Origin: Eubacteriales bacterium
GTDB taxonomy: Bacteria; Bacillota; Clostridia; Oscillospirales; UBA644
Assembly: GCA_045542755.1 (NCBI GenBank)
Contig: JAZQLP010000096.1
Location: forward strand, 1-54,853
Direction: 5' to 3'
Length of the DNA: 54,853 bases
The position numbers and the translations under genes were made by a program. The stretch's first letter is position 1, and each line of letters opens with the position of its first letter. Shown piece by piece: positions 1 through 9,198 of this stretch. Below the pieces are notes generated by a model, which was not told the DNA's origin, ran no database searches, and was given only the letters and a program-made list of their open reading frames with translations.

Positions 1-538
1 AGCAAATACCGTTTTCCCCATAGGACTCAGCATTTTTTGCTCTGGACAGCTCTACGGAAACATCTATTGGTACTGAAAAGGCCATCTTTATAAAAAGGCA
101 ATTCTCTTTTACGGAAATAAAGCTTTCACGATTTATGTAAAGTCCGTTTTCCATCTCGCATTCCTCTTTCAAAATTGAGGAACCAAATGAAAGCTTTCTG
201 CTATATTCCTTGACTTTTCCCTCAAAGGATATATTAAGACGGGCCATTTCCTCGTAGGACGGAAGTTCAAACGGTGTACCGGGAAGATATTTTTCGCAAA
301 GATGCTGAGCTTCTTTATATCTGCCTTCAAAAAACAGCTTTTTTATTCTTGCTATCTGGGAGGCCGCATATAAGGAGTCACCGTGTATTTTTTTACCGCC
401 ATAAAGGGTGCTGTCGTTAAGCACTGCTACGGACGAGGTAAATTCTCCATGCCAAACACAGCCAAGCCGGCCGTTTCCCAAAGGCCACCCGTCCCTATAA
501 GAAAGAGGCTGGGAATTAGATATTAAATCGTATTTCAT
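1..538 (-). CDS. Glycoside hydrolase family 95 (alpha-1,2-L-fucosidase-like), N-terminal part; runs off window edge
   Basis: Not in ORF track. Manual translation from ATG 538 gives MKYDLISNSQPLSYRDGWPLGNGRLGCVWHG...LNDSTLYGG...IKKLFFEGRYKEAQHL...YSRKLSF...RESFIS, matching the GH95 N-terminal pattern (LPIGNGRLG, LNEETLW, LLFEGKYxEA). Open to position 2. Confidence 0.75.
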   Translation of the reverse strand, partial: MKYDLISNSQPLSYRDGWPLGNGRLGCVWHGEFTSSVAVLNDSTLYGGKKIHGDSLYAASQIARIKKLFFEGRYKEAQHLCEKYLPGTPFELPSYEEMARLNISFEGKVKEYSRKLSFGSSILKEECEMENGLYINRESFISVKENCLFIKMAFSVPIDVSVELSRAKNAESYGENGIC

Positions 539-567
539 ATCTTCTCCAAGTATCTTTATTCCGTTAC

Positions 568-596
568 ATTATATCAATTTAGGACCTTTATGTCAA
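568..596 (-). promoter_or_regulatory. Sigma-A promoter for GH95-like gene
   Basis: TTGACA (596-591), 17 nt, TGn-TATAAT (573-568). Confidence 0.8.
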
Positions 597-635
597 TAAA
601 AAATCCTTTTATTTTTCGCAAAAGCCCCATTTATG

Positions 636-665
636 AGAAAAAGAGGCGGAGATAAACTCCGCCTC
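636..665 (-). terminator. Intrinsic terminator after M14 peptidase
   Basis: GAGGCGGAG/CTCCGCCTC stem (643-665) followed by T-run on minus strand. Confidence 0.8.
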
Positions 666-672
666 ATAACTA

Positions 673-1953
673 TCAGAACTGAACGGCACCTTGGGTCAGT
701 ATGCCTATATTATCTGCATATATTTCTCCAAACTGACTTATGGGTAATGGATTTCGCCCCCGCCCGGCTTCCACGGTATACCCGGGACGGTTATACTCCT
801 GAATAAACCAATCCTTATATCCCGCGTAACCCATATTCGTGGGAGTTTCTTCAAGAGAGTAGCCGCTTACTGCCGCGAACAATTCTCCGATTCGACGGGA
901 TTCAGGTGGTAGATAGTTGAGAAACTTCCAGAATATTATTTCTCCCTGAGTATGATACGAAATGGTCAGCAAAAAATTGTGAGCCTTTGTAAATTCGGCA
1001 ACGGCGCGGCTTTCCGGAGCCGAAAAGGGATATTCGCCCACATACCCGAAGGGACGGGGAGAGGTATATCCCAAAGCATATTTCATCTCCTTCGCCGCTT
1101 CCCATTCTGCCGGATAATTAAGATTTAGGTCAGTTCCCGTAATATTCGCCTTCCAGCCCTCGGGGAAGGGTACGCCGGTGACACTTAGTCTAAACGCTCT
1201 TTGGTAAGGAGCAGAACCCTGCCCGTAATACCCCGTAACCAAATTAACTCCGTCGGGGTTTACCATGGGAACGATATATAGCGATGTTTTCTCGAATATT
1301 TCCTCTGCGCTTTCGCCCCCGATACTTCCCCCGTTTACATAAGCGTTGCAAAGCTGCTCGATATACTTCATCACAACCACAGAAGTTATCCACTCGTTTG
1401 CGTGATGAGCCGCGTTATAGAAAACTTCACTGGGTCCTCGGCCAAATCTTACGTAATAAAGCTCGTTACCCAAAACGCTTCTCCCGATACTGCCCTGCTC
1501 AAGAAACGGATACCGTTTTTTGAATGATTCAAGGTTTAGTTGGAGAAGAGGATAGCCGTAACTCACGTCTGTGGGTACGGTTGCGGCAGAGATTGGAATT
1601 ATAAGATTCTGTCCTATTTGCAAATTCATTGGATCTGCTGTGGGATTTGCCGCCTCTATTGCACTGACAGAGGTTCCGTAACGCTTGGCAAGAAGATAAA
1701 AAGTATCTCCACCTTGCACCTTATAATTAATATACCCTCTCATATAGGGATGAAGGGCATTCCAAGTATTTGGGCCAACCACACCGTCAACGGTAAGACT
1801 GTTCTTTTCCTGAAATCTCCTTACTGCCCTTTCGGTTCTGGGTCCAAATATTCCGTCTACTCTGCCCACTGTAAAACCAAGACGGTTAAGCAAGCTCTGA
1901 AGATACTCCACCTGCGGCCCCACAGACCCGGACCTCAAAATAATTTCCAACAT
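673..1953 (-). CDS. PG-binding + LysM + M14 gamma-D-glutamyl-meso-diaminopimelate peptidase (YqgT/endopeptidase I-like)
   Basis: PG_binding_1 (DGIFGPRT, DGVVGPNTW), LysM (YKVQGGDTF...NLQIGQNLIIP), M14 motifs HANE, NPDG, YHTQG, YTVE. Start moved to ATG 1953 (GGAGG upstream). Confidence 0.85.
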   Translation of the reverse strand: MLEIILRSGSVGPQVEYLQSLLNRLGFTVGRVDGIFGPRTERAVRRFQEKNSLTVDGVVGPNTWNALHPYMRGYINYKVQGGDTFYLLAKRYGTSVSAIEAANPTADPMNLQIGQNLIIPISAATVPTDVSYGYPLLQLNLESFKKRYPFLEQGSIGRSVLGNELYYVRFGRGPSEVFYNAAHHANEWITSVVVMKYIEQLCNAYVNGGSIGGESAEEIFEKTSLYIVPMVNPDGVNLVTGYYGQGSAPYQRAFRLSVTGVPFPEGWKANITGTDLNLNYPAEWEAAKEMKYALGYTSPRPFGYVGEYPFSAPESRAVAEFTKAHNFLLTISYHTQGEIIFWKFLNYLPPESRRIGELFAAVSGYSLEETPTNMGYAGYKDWFIQEYNRPGYTVEAGRGRNPLPISQFGEIYADNIGILTQGAVQF

Positions 1954-2044
1954 AAAGACCTCCGAAAATAATGTTTTCAATCACCATTATATTCGGAGGT
2001 TCTGATTTTGTTAAGTTTTTGCTTAGGCACCGAGAAATGCTGTC

Positions 2045-2710
2045 TTATTCCTCAGTTTCCGTTTCTGCCTCTTCGGACTGAGGAATATATCCGGGAATGG
2101 GCTTTGCCTTAAGGGAATATATGGGCTGACCCAAAGCTGTAAATCTATCCTCATATTCGGTGGTAGCGGGATTGTAAATATCACTGTTATGAAGATCTCT
2201 TGTAACATCAAAAAGCTCGTATCCATGGGTGGATATTTCCTCGAGAGAATAGTCAAAGAGCTTCTCGTTGTCGGTTTTCATAAAGATATATCCGTCTTCG
2301 GAAAGCAAACCTCTGTATATTTCAAGAAAGCTTCTGTAGGTGAGTCTGCGTTTAGCCTGTTTTTTCTTGGGCCAGGGGTCGGAGAAGTTAAGATAAATTA
2401 TCTCAGTTCGGTGGGGAGGACATATCTCTGCAAGGGTTTCTGCATCGCCCAGAATAAACTGGAGATTTTCGATTTTGGCAGCTGCTGCTTTCTCGGCCGC
2501 CATTACCATTACGTCGGGAACCTTTTCAACAGCGTAGAAAATTATGTCCTTATTTTCGGGCTTGGTGGCCACTTCGGTTATGAATTTTCCCTTTCCGCAA
2601 CCGATTTCCAATCTCAAAGGTGTATTTTCCTTTATTTCCACCTTGTTTGAAAGGTATTCTTCGCATCTTTCAAGACGGGGGATCGTATTTTTCTTTTTTC
2701 TTGCTCTCAT
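2045..2710 (-). CDS. trmB: tRNA (guanine-N7)-methyltransferase
   Basis: LEIGCGKG, NFSDPWPKKK..RRL, KTD, TEYE motifs. Confidence 0.95.
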   Translation of the reverse strand: MRARKKKNTIPRLERCEEYLSNKVEIKENTPLRLEIGCGKGKFITEVATKPENKDIIFYAVEKVPDVMVMAAEKAAAAKIENLQFILGDAETLAEICPPHRTEIIYLNFSDPWPKKKQAKRRLTYRSFLEIYRGLLSEDGYIFMKTDNEKLFDYSLEEISTHGYELFDVTRDLHNSDIYNPATTEYEDRFTALGQPIYSLKAKPIPGYIPQSEEAETETEE

Positions 2711-2723
2711 TGCTGCTCTCCAT

Positions 2724-4595
2724 TTATATCATTTTAAAGTATATCATCAGCACTGATATATCGGCGGGGCTTACGCCTGATATTCTGCCTGCCTGGCCGA
2801 TATTCAAGGGTTTGTGAAGATTAAGCTTTTCTCTTGCCTCAACTCTCAAGCCTTCGATTTTGGAGTAGTCAAAATCCTCGGGAAGCTTCTTGCTTTCGGC
2901 CTTTTTAAACTGCTCAACCTGAAGCTGCTGTCTGCGGATATAACCCTCGTATCTGACGTCGGTTTCCGCGAGCTCCCTCATATATGGGGGAAGGTCAGGT
3001 CTGTTCTTATCAACGGGAGCCAGCATATCGTAAGAAAGCTCGGGGCGTTTTACCAGGTCCGCAAGAGGAATTCCCGTTGCTGTACGTGTAGAACCGTGAC
3101 TGTCAAGTATTTCGTAGAGCTCGGGAGTAGGGGAGATAAAAGTCTCCTTCATTCTCTTTTCTTCTTGCTCTATAATTCTTTGTTTTTCAAGATATTTTTG
3201 GTATCTCTCTTCGGAAATAAGCCCCACTTCGTATCCTATGGGAGTAAGTCTTCTGTCCGCATTATCCTGACGAAGAAGAAGTCTGTACTCGGAACGGGAG
3301 GTCATTATTCTGTAGGGCTCGGGAGTTCCTTTAACCACCAAATCATCTATAAGGGTACCAATATAGGATGTACTTCTGTCAAGAACGAGGGGGGGACGTG
3401 AATCCAGCTTCAGCGCGGCGTTAATTCCCGCAATAAGACCCTGAGCAGCGGCCTCTTCGTATCCAGAAGTGCCGTTAAACTGACCTGCACCGTAAAGTCC
3501 GGGAATTTTTTTGAATTCAAGGGTAGCCTTAAGCTGAAGAGGGTCTATACAGTCGTACTCTATGGCGTAGGCAGTCCTCATTATCTCCGCATTTTCAAAG
3601 CCTTCTATGGAACGAACCATCTCAAGCTGAATTTCCTCGGGCATAGACGAAGAAAATCCGCCCAAGTACATCTCGTTTGAGTCTATTCCCATGGGCTCGA
3701 GGAAAAGCTGATGTCTTTCCTTGTCGGCAAATCTGACCACTTTAGTTTCTATGGAAGGACAATATCTGGGGCCAACACCCGTTATATCTCCCGTATAAAT
3801 GGGAGAACGGTCAATATTATCAAGAATTATTTTATGAGTATTAGTATTTGTGTAGGCTATGTAGCAGGGGCTTACGTTTTCACCTATATCAACTCCCTCG
3901 TTTTCAAAGGAGAAGGGGACTATTCTGTCGTCGCCTTCCTGCATTTCAAGTTTTGAAAGGTCAACGGTACGCTTGTTAATACGAGGGGGAGTACCCGTTT
4001 TAAATCTCAAAAACTCTATTCCAAGCTCTTTAAGACTCTCTGTTAAGCCAAGGGCGGCAAACATTCCGTCGGGACCGCCCTCATAAGATGTCTCACCCAC
4101 TATTATGCGGCCGTTGAGGTAAGTACCGGTAGCCAAAATAACGGCTTTTGCCAGAAAATACCCACCCAACATGGTTGTAAGGCGGAATCTTCCGTCCTCT
4201 TCAATAGTAAGGGTCTTGATTTCGGCCTGCTTGAGGTCAAGATTTTCCTGCTCCTCAACAATATTCTTCATCAAGGTCTGATATTTTCTTCTGTCAGCCT
4301 GAACACGTAAGGAATGCACGGCTGGGCCTTTGCCCATATTAAGCATTCTGCTCTGCAAAAATGCCTTATCTGCCGTTTTGCCCATTTCTCCGCCTAAGGC
4401 ATCTATCTCTCTTACAAGGTGTCCCTTGGCAGTACCTCCTATGGAAGGATTGCAGGGCATATTTCCCACCGCGTCAAGGTTGATAGTGACGAGAAGAGTC
4501 TTTTTATTCAGTCTTGCAGTAGCCAAAGCGGCCTCTATACCGCCATGTCCTGCGCCAACGACACAAACGTCGTACTCATTAAGCAAATAACTCAT
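2724..4595 (-). CDS. mnmG: tRNA uridine 5-carboxymethylaminomethyl modification enzyme
   Basis: GAGHGG, MPCNPSIGG, PRYCPSIE, GQFNGTSGYEEAAAQG. ATG 4595 overlaps mnmE stop (TAATG). Confidence 0.97.
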   Translation of the reverse strand: MSYLLNEYDVCVVGAGHGGIEAALATARLNKKTLLVTINLDAVGNMPCNPSIGGTAKGHLVREIDALGGEMGKTADKAFLQSRMLNMGKGPAVHSLRVQADRRKYQTLMKNIVEEQENLDLKQAEIKTLTIEEDGRFRLTTMLGGYFLAKAVILATGTYLNGRIIVGETSYEGGPDGMFAALGLTESLKELGIEFLRFKTGTPPRINKRTVDLSKLEMQEGDDRIVPFSFENEGVDIGENVSPCYIAYTNTNTHKIILDNIDRSPIYTGDITGVGPRYCPSIETKVVRFADKERHQLFLEPMGIDSNEMYLGGFSSSMPEEIQLEMVRSIEGFENAEIMRTAYAIEYDCIDPLQLKATLEFKKIPGLYGAGQFNGTSGYEEAAAQGLIAGINAALKLDSRPPLVLDRSTSYIGTLIDDLVVKGTPEPYRIMTSRSEYRLLLRQDNADRRLTPIGYEVGLISEERYQKYLEKQRIIEQEEKRMKETFISPTPELYEILDSHGSTRTATGIPLADLVKRPELSYDMLAPVDKNRPDLPPYMRELAETDVRYEGYIRRQQLQVEQFKKAESKKLPEDFDYSKIEGLRVEAREKLNLHKPLNIGQAGRISGVSPADISVLMIYFKMI

Positions 4596-5965
4596 TATTT
4601 TCCCACGCAAAATCTTGAAAATATAGTTTGAAGAATATCTTCTCCCACGCTTTTACCCAAAACTACAGATAAAGCATCTATGGCGTCCTCTATACAGACC
4701 TCCAAAACGTCGGGAGGCAATAAAACGTCCCCTACGCATTGAGAAAGAGCCGCTTCCGCCTTTGAAAGACACTGAAACTGTCTTTCGTTGGTGATTATCT
4801 CGGTATCGTTAAGCTCAAGTTCTTCCTCAAAAAGCTCATACATGGCGTCTGCAAGTCCGTCCAGATTGTAGTTTTCAAGGGAAGATATTCTGACCGTTTT
4901 ATCAAATCCCAAAAGCTCGGTTTCTTCAAGCTTTTCGGGAAGGTCGGTCTTGTTTATTACTGCTATTTTTTTTGCTCTCATTTCGGAAATAGCCGAAAGC
5001 AATTCCTTATCTTCTTCGGAAAGGTGGCGGGATCCGTCGAACACAGCAAGAATTATATCTGCCGAATTAAGCTTATTATATGCTCTTTCAACGCCGATTT
5101 TCTCAACTCTGTCATCGGTTTCTCTTATGCCAGCCGTATCGGAAAGCTTTACTTTTATACCTTTTATAGAAACCGTTTCCTCAACGATATCTCTGGTGGT
5201 ACCTTCTATTTCGGTAACGATACTGCGATCATATCCGGCAAGTCTGTTCATAAGGGAGGATTTTCCCACGTTTGGCTTACCCGCTATGCAAACCGAAACT
5301 CCGTTTTTAATCAGCTTACCCTTTTCAAAGGATGAAAGCAGCTTTTTAACTCTGGAGTGCTGTTCTTTAAGCAATGAATAAAGATTTTCGGGCTCAAGTT
5401 CCTCGATTTCATCATCGGGGTAGTCTATATAGGCCATTATCTGGGCAGAAACTCCCAATAAAGCCTCTCTTACAGCGTTTATCTCTTGTGAAAGCTTTCC
5501 TTTAAGGTGCTCCATTGCAACTGAGGCTTCCTTTTCGGTCTGAGCCTCAATAAGATCAATGATACCTTCGGCCTTTACCGTATCAAGCTTGCCGTTTATA
5601 AATGCTCTTTTTGTAAATTCGCCTCTGTCTGCTTGACGGGCACCGTTGGATATGAGAAGCTTCATAACCCTATTCAGGATATAAACACTTCCATGGCAGG
5701 ATATTTCAACCACGTCTTCACCCGTATAGCTGGCAGGAGCTCTGAAAAGAGAGAGGACTACCTCGTCTATCTGCTTACCTGTTTCTATGTCGTATATATA
5801 TCCGTGGGTAAGAGTACCGCCTTTTTTATCCTTCAAAGGCTTATCAAAGCATTTACTTACAATATCTATACAGTCATTTCCCGAAACCCTTATAACGCCT
5901 ATGGCAGACATCAGCGGGGGAGTGGAGATTGCACATATTGTATCGTTATTATAAAAATTATTCAT
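4595..5965 (-). CDS. mnmE: tRNA modification GTPase
   Basis: DTICAIST, GKPNVGKSS, GTTRD, DTAG, NKTD, C-terminal FCVGK. Start set at ATG 5965. Confidence 0.95.
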   Translation of the reverse strand: MNNFYNNDTICAISTPPLMSAIGVIRVSGNDCIDIVSKCFDKPLKDKKGGTLTHGYIYDIETGKQIDEVVLSLFRAPASYTGEDVVEISCHGSVYILNRVMKLLISNGARQADRGEFTKRAFINGKLDTVKAEGIIDLIEAQTEKEASVAMEHLKGKLSQEINAVREALLGVSAQIMAYIDYPDDEIEELEPENLYSLLKEQHSRVKKLLSSFEKGKLIKNGVSVCIAGKPNVGKSSLMNRLAGYDRSIVTEIEGTTRDIVEETVSIKGIKVKLSDTAGIRETDDRVEKIGVERAYNKLNSADIILAVFDGSRHLSEEDKELLSAISEMRAKKIAVINKTDLPEKLEETELLGFDKTVRISSLENYNLDGLADAMYELFEEELELNDTEIITNERQFQCLSKAEAALSQCVGDVLLPPDVLEVCIEDAIDALSVVLGKSVGEDILQTIFSRFCVGK

Positions 5966-5974
5966 GGTTTCACC

Positions 5975-6014
5975 AAAAAAATAGGGGCGTAACGGGGAAT
6001 TCCCGCAACGCCCT
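5975..6014 (-). terminator. Terminator-like hairpin between jag and mnmE
   Basis: Minus strand GGGCGTTGCGGG-AATTC-CCCGTTACGCCC then CTATTTTTTT. Confidence 0.6.
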
Positions 6015-6020
6015 TCAAAA

Positions 6021-6953
6021 TTATTCTTCGGAACCCTCGCCTTCAACAGAACCCTGATAAAGAAGCTTTATCTTGGACTGCTGAGGAGCAGCAGGAACGT
6101 TTTCAGTTCTACTGGCTCCGTCGTAGTTTCTGCCGGAACCGCGATTCTGACTGTTTCTTCCGTTATATCTGCCGCCGTTGGAACGGTAACCGTTTCTGCC
6201 CTTACCACTGTATCTGTTTTCGGAGCCTTCGGTCTTTTCACGTCCTTCAACGTTTTCGGAGTTATTGTTGTTATAGTTTCTACGGCCTCTGCCACCGTTT
6301 TTGCCGCCCTTTACAGGTCTTGCTTCGCCTTCAGCGTACTGATAAGCTACAACAACCTTTCTTTCGGGTTCGGTGCCGATGGAGTAGGTGGTAATATTGT
6401 CAAATCCCTGAAGCTTGGAGTGAACTATCCTTCTCTGATATGCACTCATGGGGAAAAGGATAACCTTTCTGCGAGTTCTCTGAACGGATTTTGCAGCCTT
6501 AACTGCTACAGCTTCAACACGGGAAACGGACTTTTCTTTGTAATCGTTAATGTTAAATGTTACTTTGTAATGCTCGTCATACTTTTTGTTTACGGTGATT
6601 GCAAGCATAAACTGGATAGCATCAACAATATCGCTGTTCTTTTCGGTAAACTGGTTAAGACATTCGCCGTTAAGCTGGATATTGATAAGCTTGTCTTCGG
6701 TAATTTCAATGCTTTCGGTATAATCGGTAGCATTCATAAAACCGAAAAGCTCTTTAAGATAATCACTAAGATAAGAAACGGGATCGTCGTTAACGGTAAC
6801 GGTGATTACGGCGTTCTTTGCGCCTATACCGAGAAATCCCTTTGTGGGCATTTCTTTAATTTCATAGGAAAAATCGTCTCTGCTAAGATTTAACTCGTGA
6901 CAAGCAACCTCAACGGCTTCTTCCACGGTCTTGCCTTGGAATTCTTTTTTCAT
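6021..6953 (-). CDS. jag: Jag/EloR (KhpB) RNA-binding protein
   Basis: Jag_N (GKTVEEAV...KGFLGIG), KH-like region, R3H (MSAYQRRIVH), position after yidC. Start uncertain. Confidence 0.88.
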   Translation of the reverse strand: MKKEFQGKTVEEAVEVACHELNLSRDDFSYEIKEMPTKGFLGIGAKNAVITVTVNDDPVSYLSDYLKELFGFMNATDYTESIEITEDKLINIQLNGECLNQFTEKNSDIVDAIQFMLAITVNKKYDEHYKVTFNINDYKEKSVSRVEAVAVKAAKSVQRTRRKVILFPMSAYQRRIVHSKLQGFDNITTYSIGTEPERKVVVAYQYAEGEARPVKGGKNGGRGRRNYNNNNSENVEGREKTEGSENRYSGKGRNGYRSNGGRYNGRNSQNRGSGRNYDGASRTENVPAAPQQSKIKLLYQGSVEGEGSEE

Positions 6954-7082
6954 TTTATTCGATTTAACATCGGAACAAAACAATCCACGTTCCGATGCAA
7001 TACCTTCCTTTCGCTTCAATAAAACCTTTATCCGACCTTTTGCGGATAAGTTTTCCTCAACTAAAGTTTTTACTTCGGATTA

Positions 7083-8063
7083 TCAGTGTTTTTTAGAGGA
7101 ATTTTTGTTCTGATCTTTCTTTTCTTCGAGAGCCTTCTCTCGTTCCATCTTTTCAATCTGGTTATAGTTAAGCTTCTTTTCTTTTACCTTAACTTCTTCT
7201 ACGGGTTCTTTGAAAAACAGGGGGAGGATTAATGTCTGCGCAAGGCTGAGAATATTCGAAGCGGTCCAGTAAATGCCGATACCTATCTGGAAAGAGAAGC
7301 CCATAATAAGAGAAATGATGGGCATGGTATAAAGCATAAAGTTCGCGCTTTTTGCTGCGCTTTCGGCAGCAGAATTGCCTTTATTACCTTTACTGTTGAT
7401 CTTCTGGGAAAGATAACCTACGAGGAACGACGTAAGAGCGGATACTATAGGAATAAGTACGCTGGGATGGAATCCGAGTACGGGAGTATCACCAAGATTA
7501 AGACCCAAAAATTCCATATCGATATGCTGGGGAAAATCTGCGGGAAGAAGTTCGGTCAATTCCATTCTGAAGTCGTTAATGGCATTGAGAAGACCGATCT
7601 GACTATCCTTTACAGCGGCAAAATCCTTTACGGCTTCAAGACCGCCAAGATCCTTAATGGCATTAAAAACTCTTTCAAGGGTTCCGTTGGTAAGATCAAA
7701 AATATAGGTAAGGGGTTTTCTTATAGCATTCCAAAGACCCATAATGATGGGGAGCTGGATAAGAGTGGGCAGACAGCCTGACATGGGATTGTATCCCTCT
7801 TCGGTATAAAGCTTCTGCAACTCTTCGTTGTACTTGGGATTTCTGGTATCGTTCTTATACTTTGCCTGGAGAGCATTGATTTTAGGCTGGAACTTCTGCA
7901 TGCTTCTTCTGCTTTTCTCACCCTTAACTGCGAGAGGAAGAAGTAATACCTTTGCTATTACAGCAAACAATATTATAGCTATACCGTAGTTGTTTACAAT
8001 AGTATAGCAAAGCTTCAATATCATTGCCAAGGGGAAGTAAATTATATTCATAATAGAGCCCAT
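7083..8063 (-). CDS. yidC: Membrane protein insertase YidC/Oxa1
   Basis: YGIAIILF, LLLPL, GCLPTLIQLPI, IYW motifs; AGGAG RBS before ATG 8063. Confidence 0.93.
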   Translation of the reverse strand: MGSIMNIIYFPLAMILKLCYTIVNNYGIAIILFAVIAKVLLLPLAVKGEKSRRSMQKFQPKINALQAKYKNDTRNPKYNEELQKLYTEEGYNPMSGCLPTLIQLPIIMGLWNAIRKPLTYIFDLTNGTLERVFNAIKDLGGLEAVKDFAAVKDSQIGLLNAINDFRMELTELLPADFPQHIDMEFLGLNLGDTPVLGFHPSVLIPIVSALTSFLVGYLSQKINSKGNKGNSAAESAAKSANFMLYTMPIISLIMGFSFQIGIGIYWTASNILSLAQTLILPLFFKEPVEEVKVKEKKLNYNQIEKMEREKALEEKKDQNKNSSKKH

Positions 8064-8102
8064 GCCGTATCTCCTAACAAACAAATAAAAATAAGAACCA
8101 TA

Positions 8103-8357
8103 CTAATCCCGATGACGATACCTACGTATCTTGATATCGGGGTTCTTTTCGGGAACCGGGTCATATCCGCCTTTACAAAAGGGATTACATTTCAATATTC
8201 TGCATAAAGAAAGCCAAAAAGCCCGAAAAAAGCCGTACCTCAAAAAAGCCGTCATCGCATACTCCGAACAAGTCGGATAAAATCTGCAGCAAGGCGGCTT
8301 AAGCGGAGATATGATCTTTCGGTAAAACTTTATAAGCAGAATCGCGAGTTTATTCAT
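8103..8357 (-). CDS. yidD: Membrane protein insertion efficiency factor
   Basis: [25 protein letters not shown]. Confidence 0.95.
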   Translation of the reverse strand: MNKLAILLIKFYRKIISPLKPPCCRFYPTCSEYAMTAFLRYGFFRAFWLSLCRILKCNPFCKGGYDPVPEKNPDIKIRRYRHRD

Positions 8358-8793
8358 CTTTTCCGGTACCCGTGTGATTCTCGGAAGGGGTGTTTTCCGA
8401 CGGACCGTCGGATGTGTTTCTGCTTTCTATCGGAGCATCGGGTTTGATAACTCCGAGTCTTTTCAGTGCATTTACCAAATCTTTTTTTACCCTGTTCAAG
8501 GGAAGCTCCGGCGTGACTGATCGGGCAACGAGAACAATGTCCCACCCATCGGGTATAACGCTTTCAATTTGACGGTAAGCTTCCCTAAAAACTCTTTTAC
8601 AACGGTTTCTTTTCACAGCACAGCCTATTTTGGTACTGACCGTAAGGCCAAGTCTGTTGGTATAGGGTGTTACTTTTGCGGAAAGATTATTCCTTCTGCA
8701 ATAGATTATAAAAGATTTGCAGGCTGCACTCGCACCTTTTTTGTACAGAGTCAAATAGAGTCTGTTTTCACAAATAGAGCAAGTTTTAAGCAT
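8350..8793 (-). CDS. rnpA: Ribonuclease P protein component
   Basis: [21 protein letters not shown] (RNR motif); synteny. Confidence 0.93.
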   Translation of the reverse strand: MLKTCSICENRLYLTLYKKGASAACKSFIIYCRRNNLSAKVTPYTNRLGLTVSTKIGCAVKRNRCKRVFREAYRQIESVIPDGWDIVLVARSVTPELPLNRVKKDLVNALKRLGVIKPDAPIESRNTSDGPSENTPSENHTGTGKDE

Positions 8794-8814
8794 CTTTTCT
8801 TCTTCCGTTAAGGA

Positions 8815-8949
8815 TTAGAGAGAAAGCTGCTTTCTGCCTCTGGCACGTCTTCTTGCCAATACTTTTCTTCCGTTAGCGGTCTTCATTCTCTTACGGAAGC
8901 CGTGTTCCTTGGAACGCTGTCTCTTCTTGGGCTGATAGGTTCTTAACAT
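8815..8949 (-). CDS. rpmH: 50S ribosomal protein L34
   Basis: Manual translation [44 protein letters not shown]; AAGGAG RBS. Confidence 0.97.
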   Translation of the reverse strand: MLRTYQPKKRQRSKEHGFRKRMKTANGRKVLARRRARGRKQLSL

Positions 8950-9027
8950 CTCATTCACTCCTTTTCATAAGGATTATTTCTTTGCCTTGGTACACGCAGT
9001 AGCGTGAGGGCAAAGGTGTACTAACTA

Positions 9028-9056
9028 ATTATATATCCTAATTTCCCTTTTGTCAA
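9028..9056 (-). promoter_or_regulatory. Sigma-A promoter of rpmH operon
   Basis: TTGACA-17-TATAAT. Confidence 0.85.
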
Positions 9057-9097
9057 GCCGTTTTTCTAAAATTTATTTAACATTTTACATTTGAATG

Positions 9098-9126
9098 TTG
9101 CATAAGCCGCTTTTATATGCTATAAT
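9098..9126 (+). promoter_or_regulatory. Sigma-A promoter of dnaA
   Basis: TTGCAT-17-TATAAT with extended TG. Confidence 0.8.
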
Positions 9127-9198
9127 ACTGCATATATAATTAATAATATATTAACTCTGTTTAAAAACCATAAAAATAACACTTGCAGGTACAGGACG

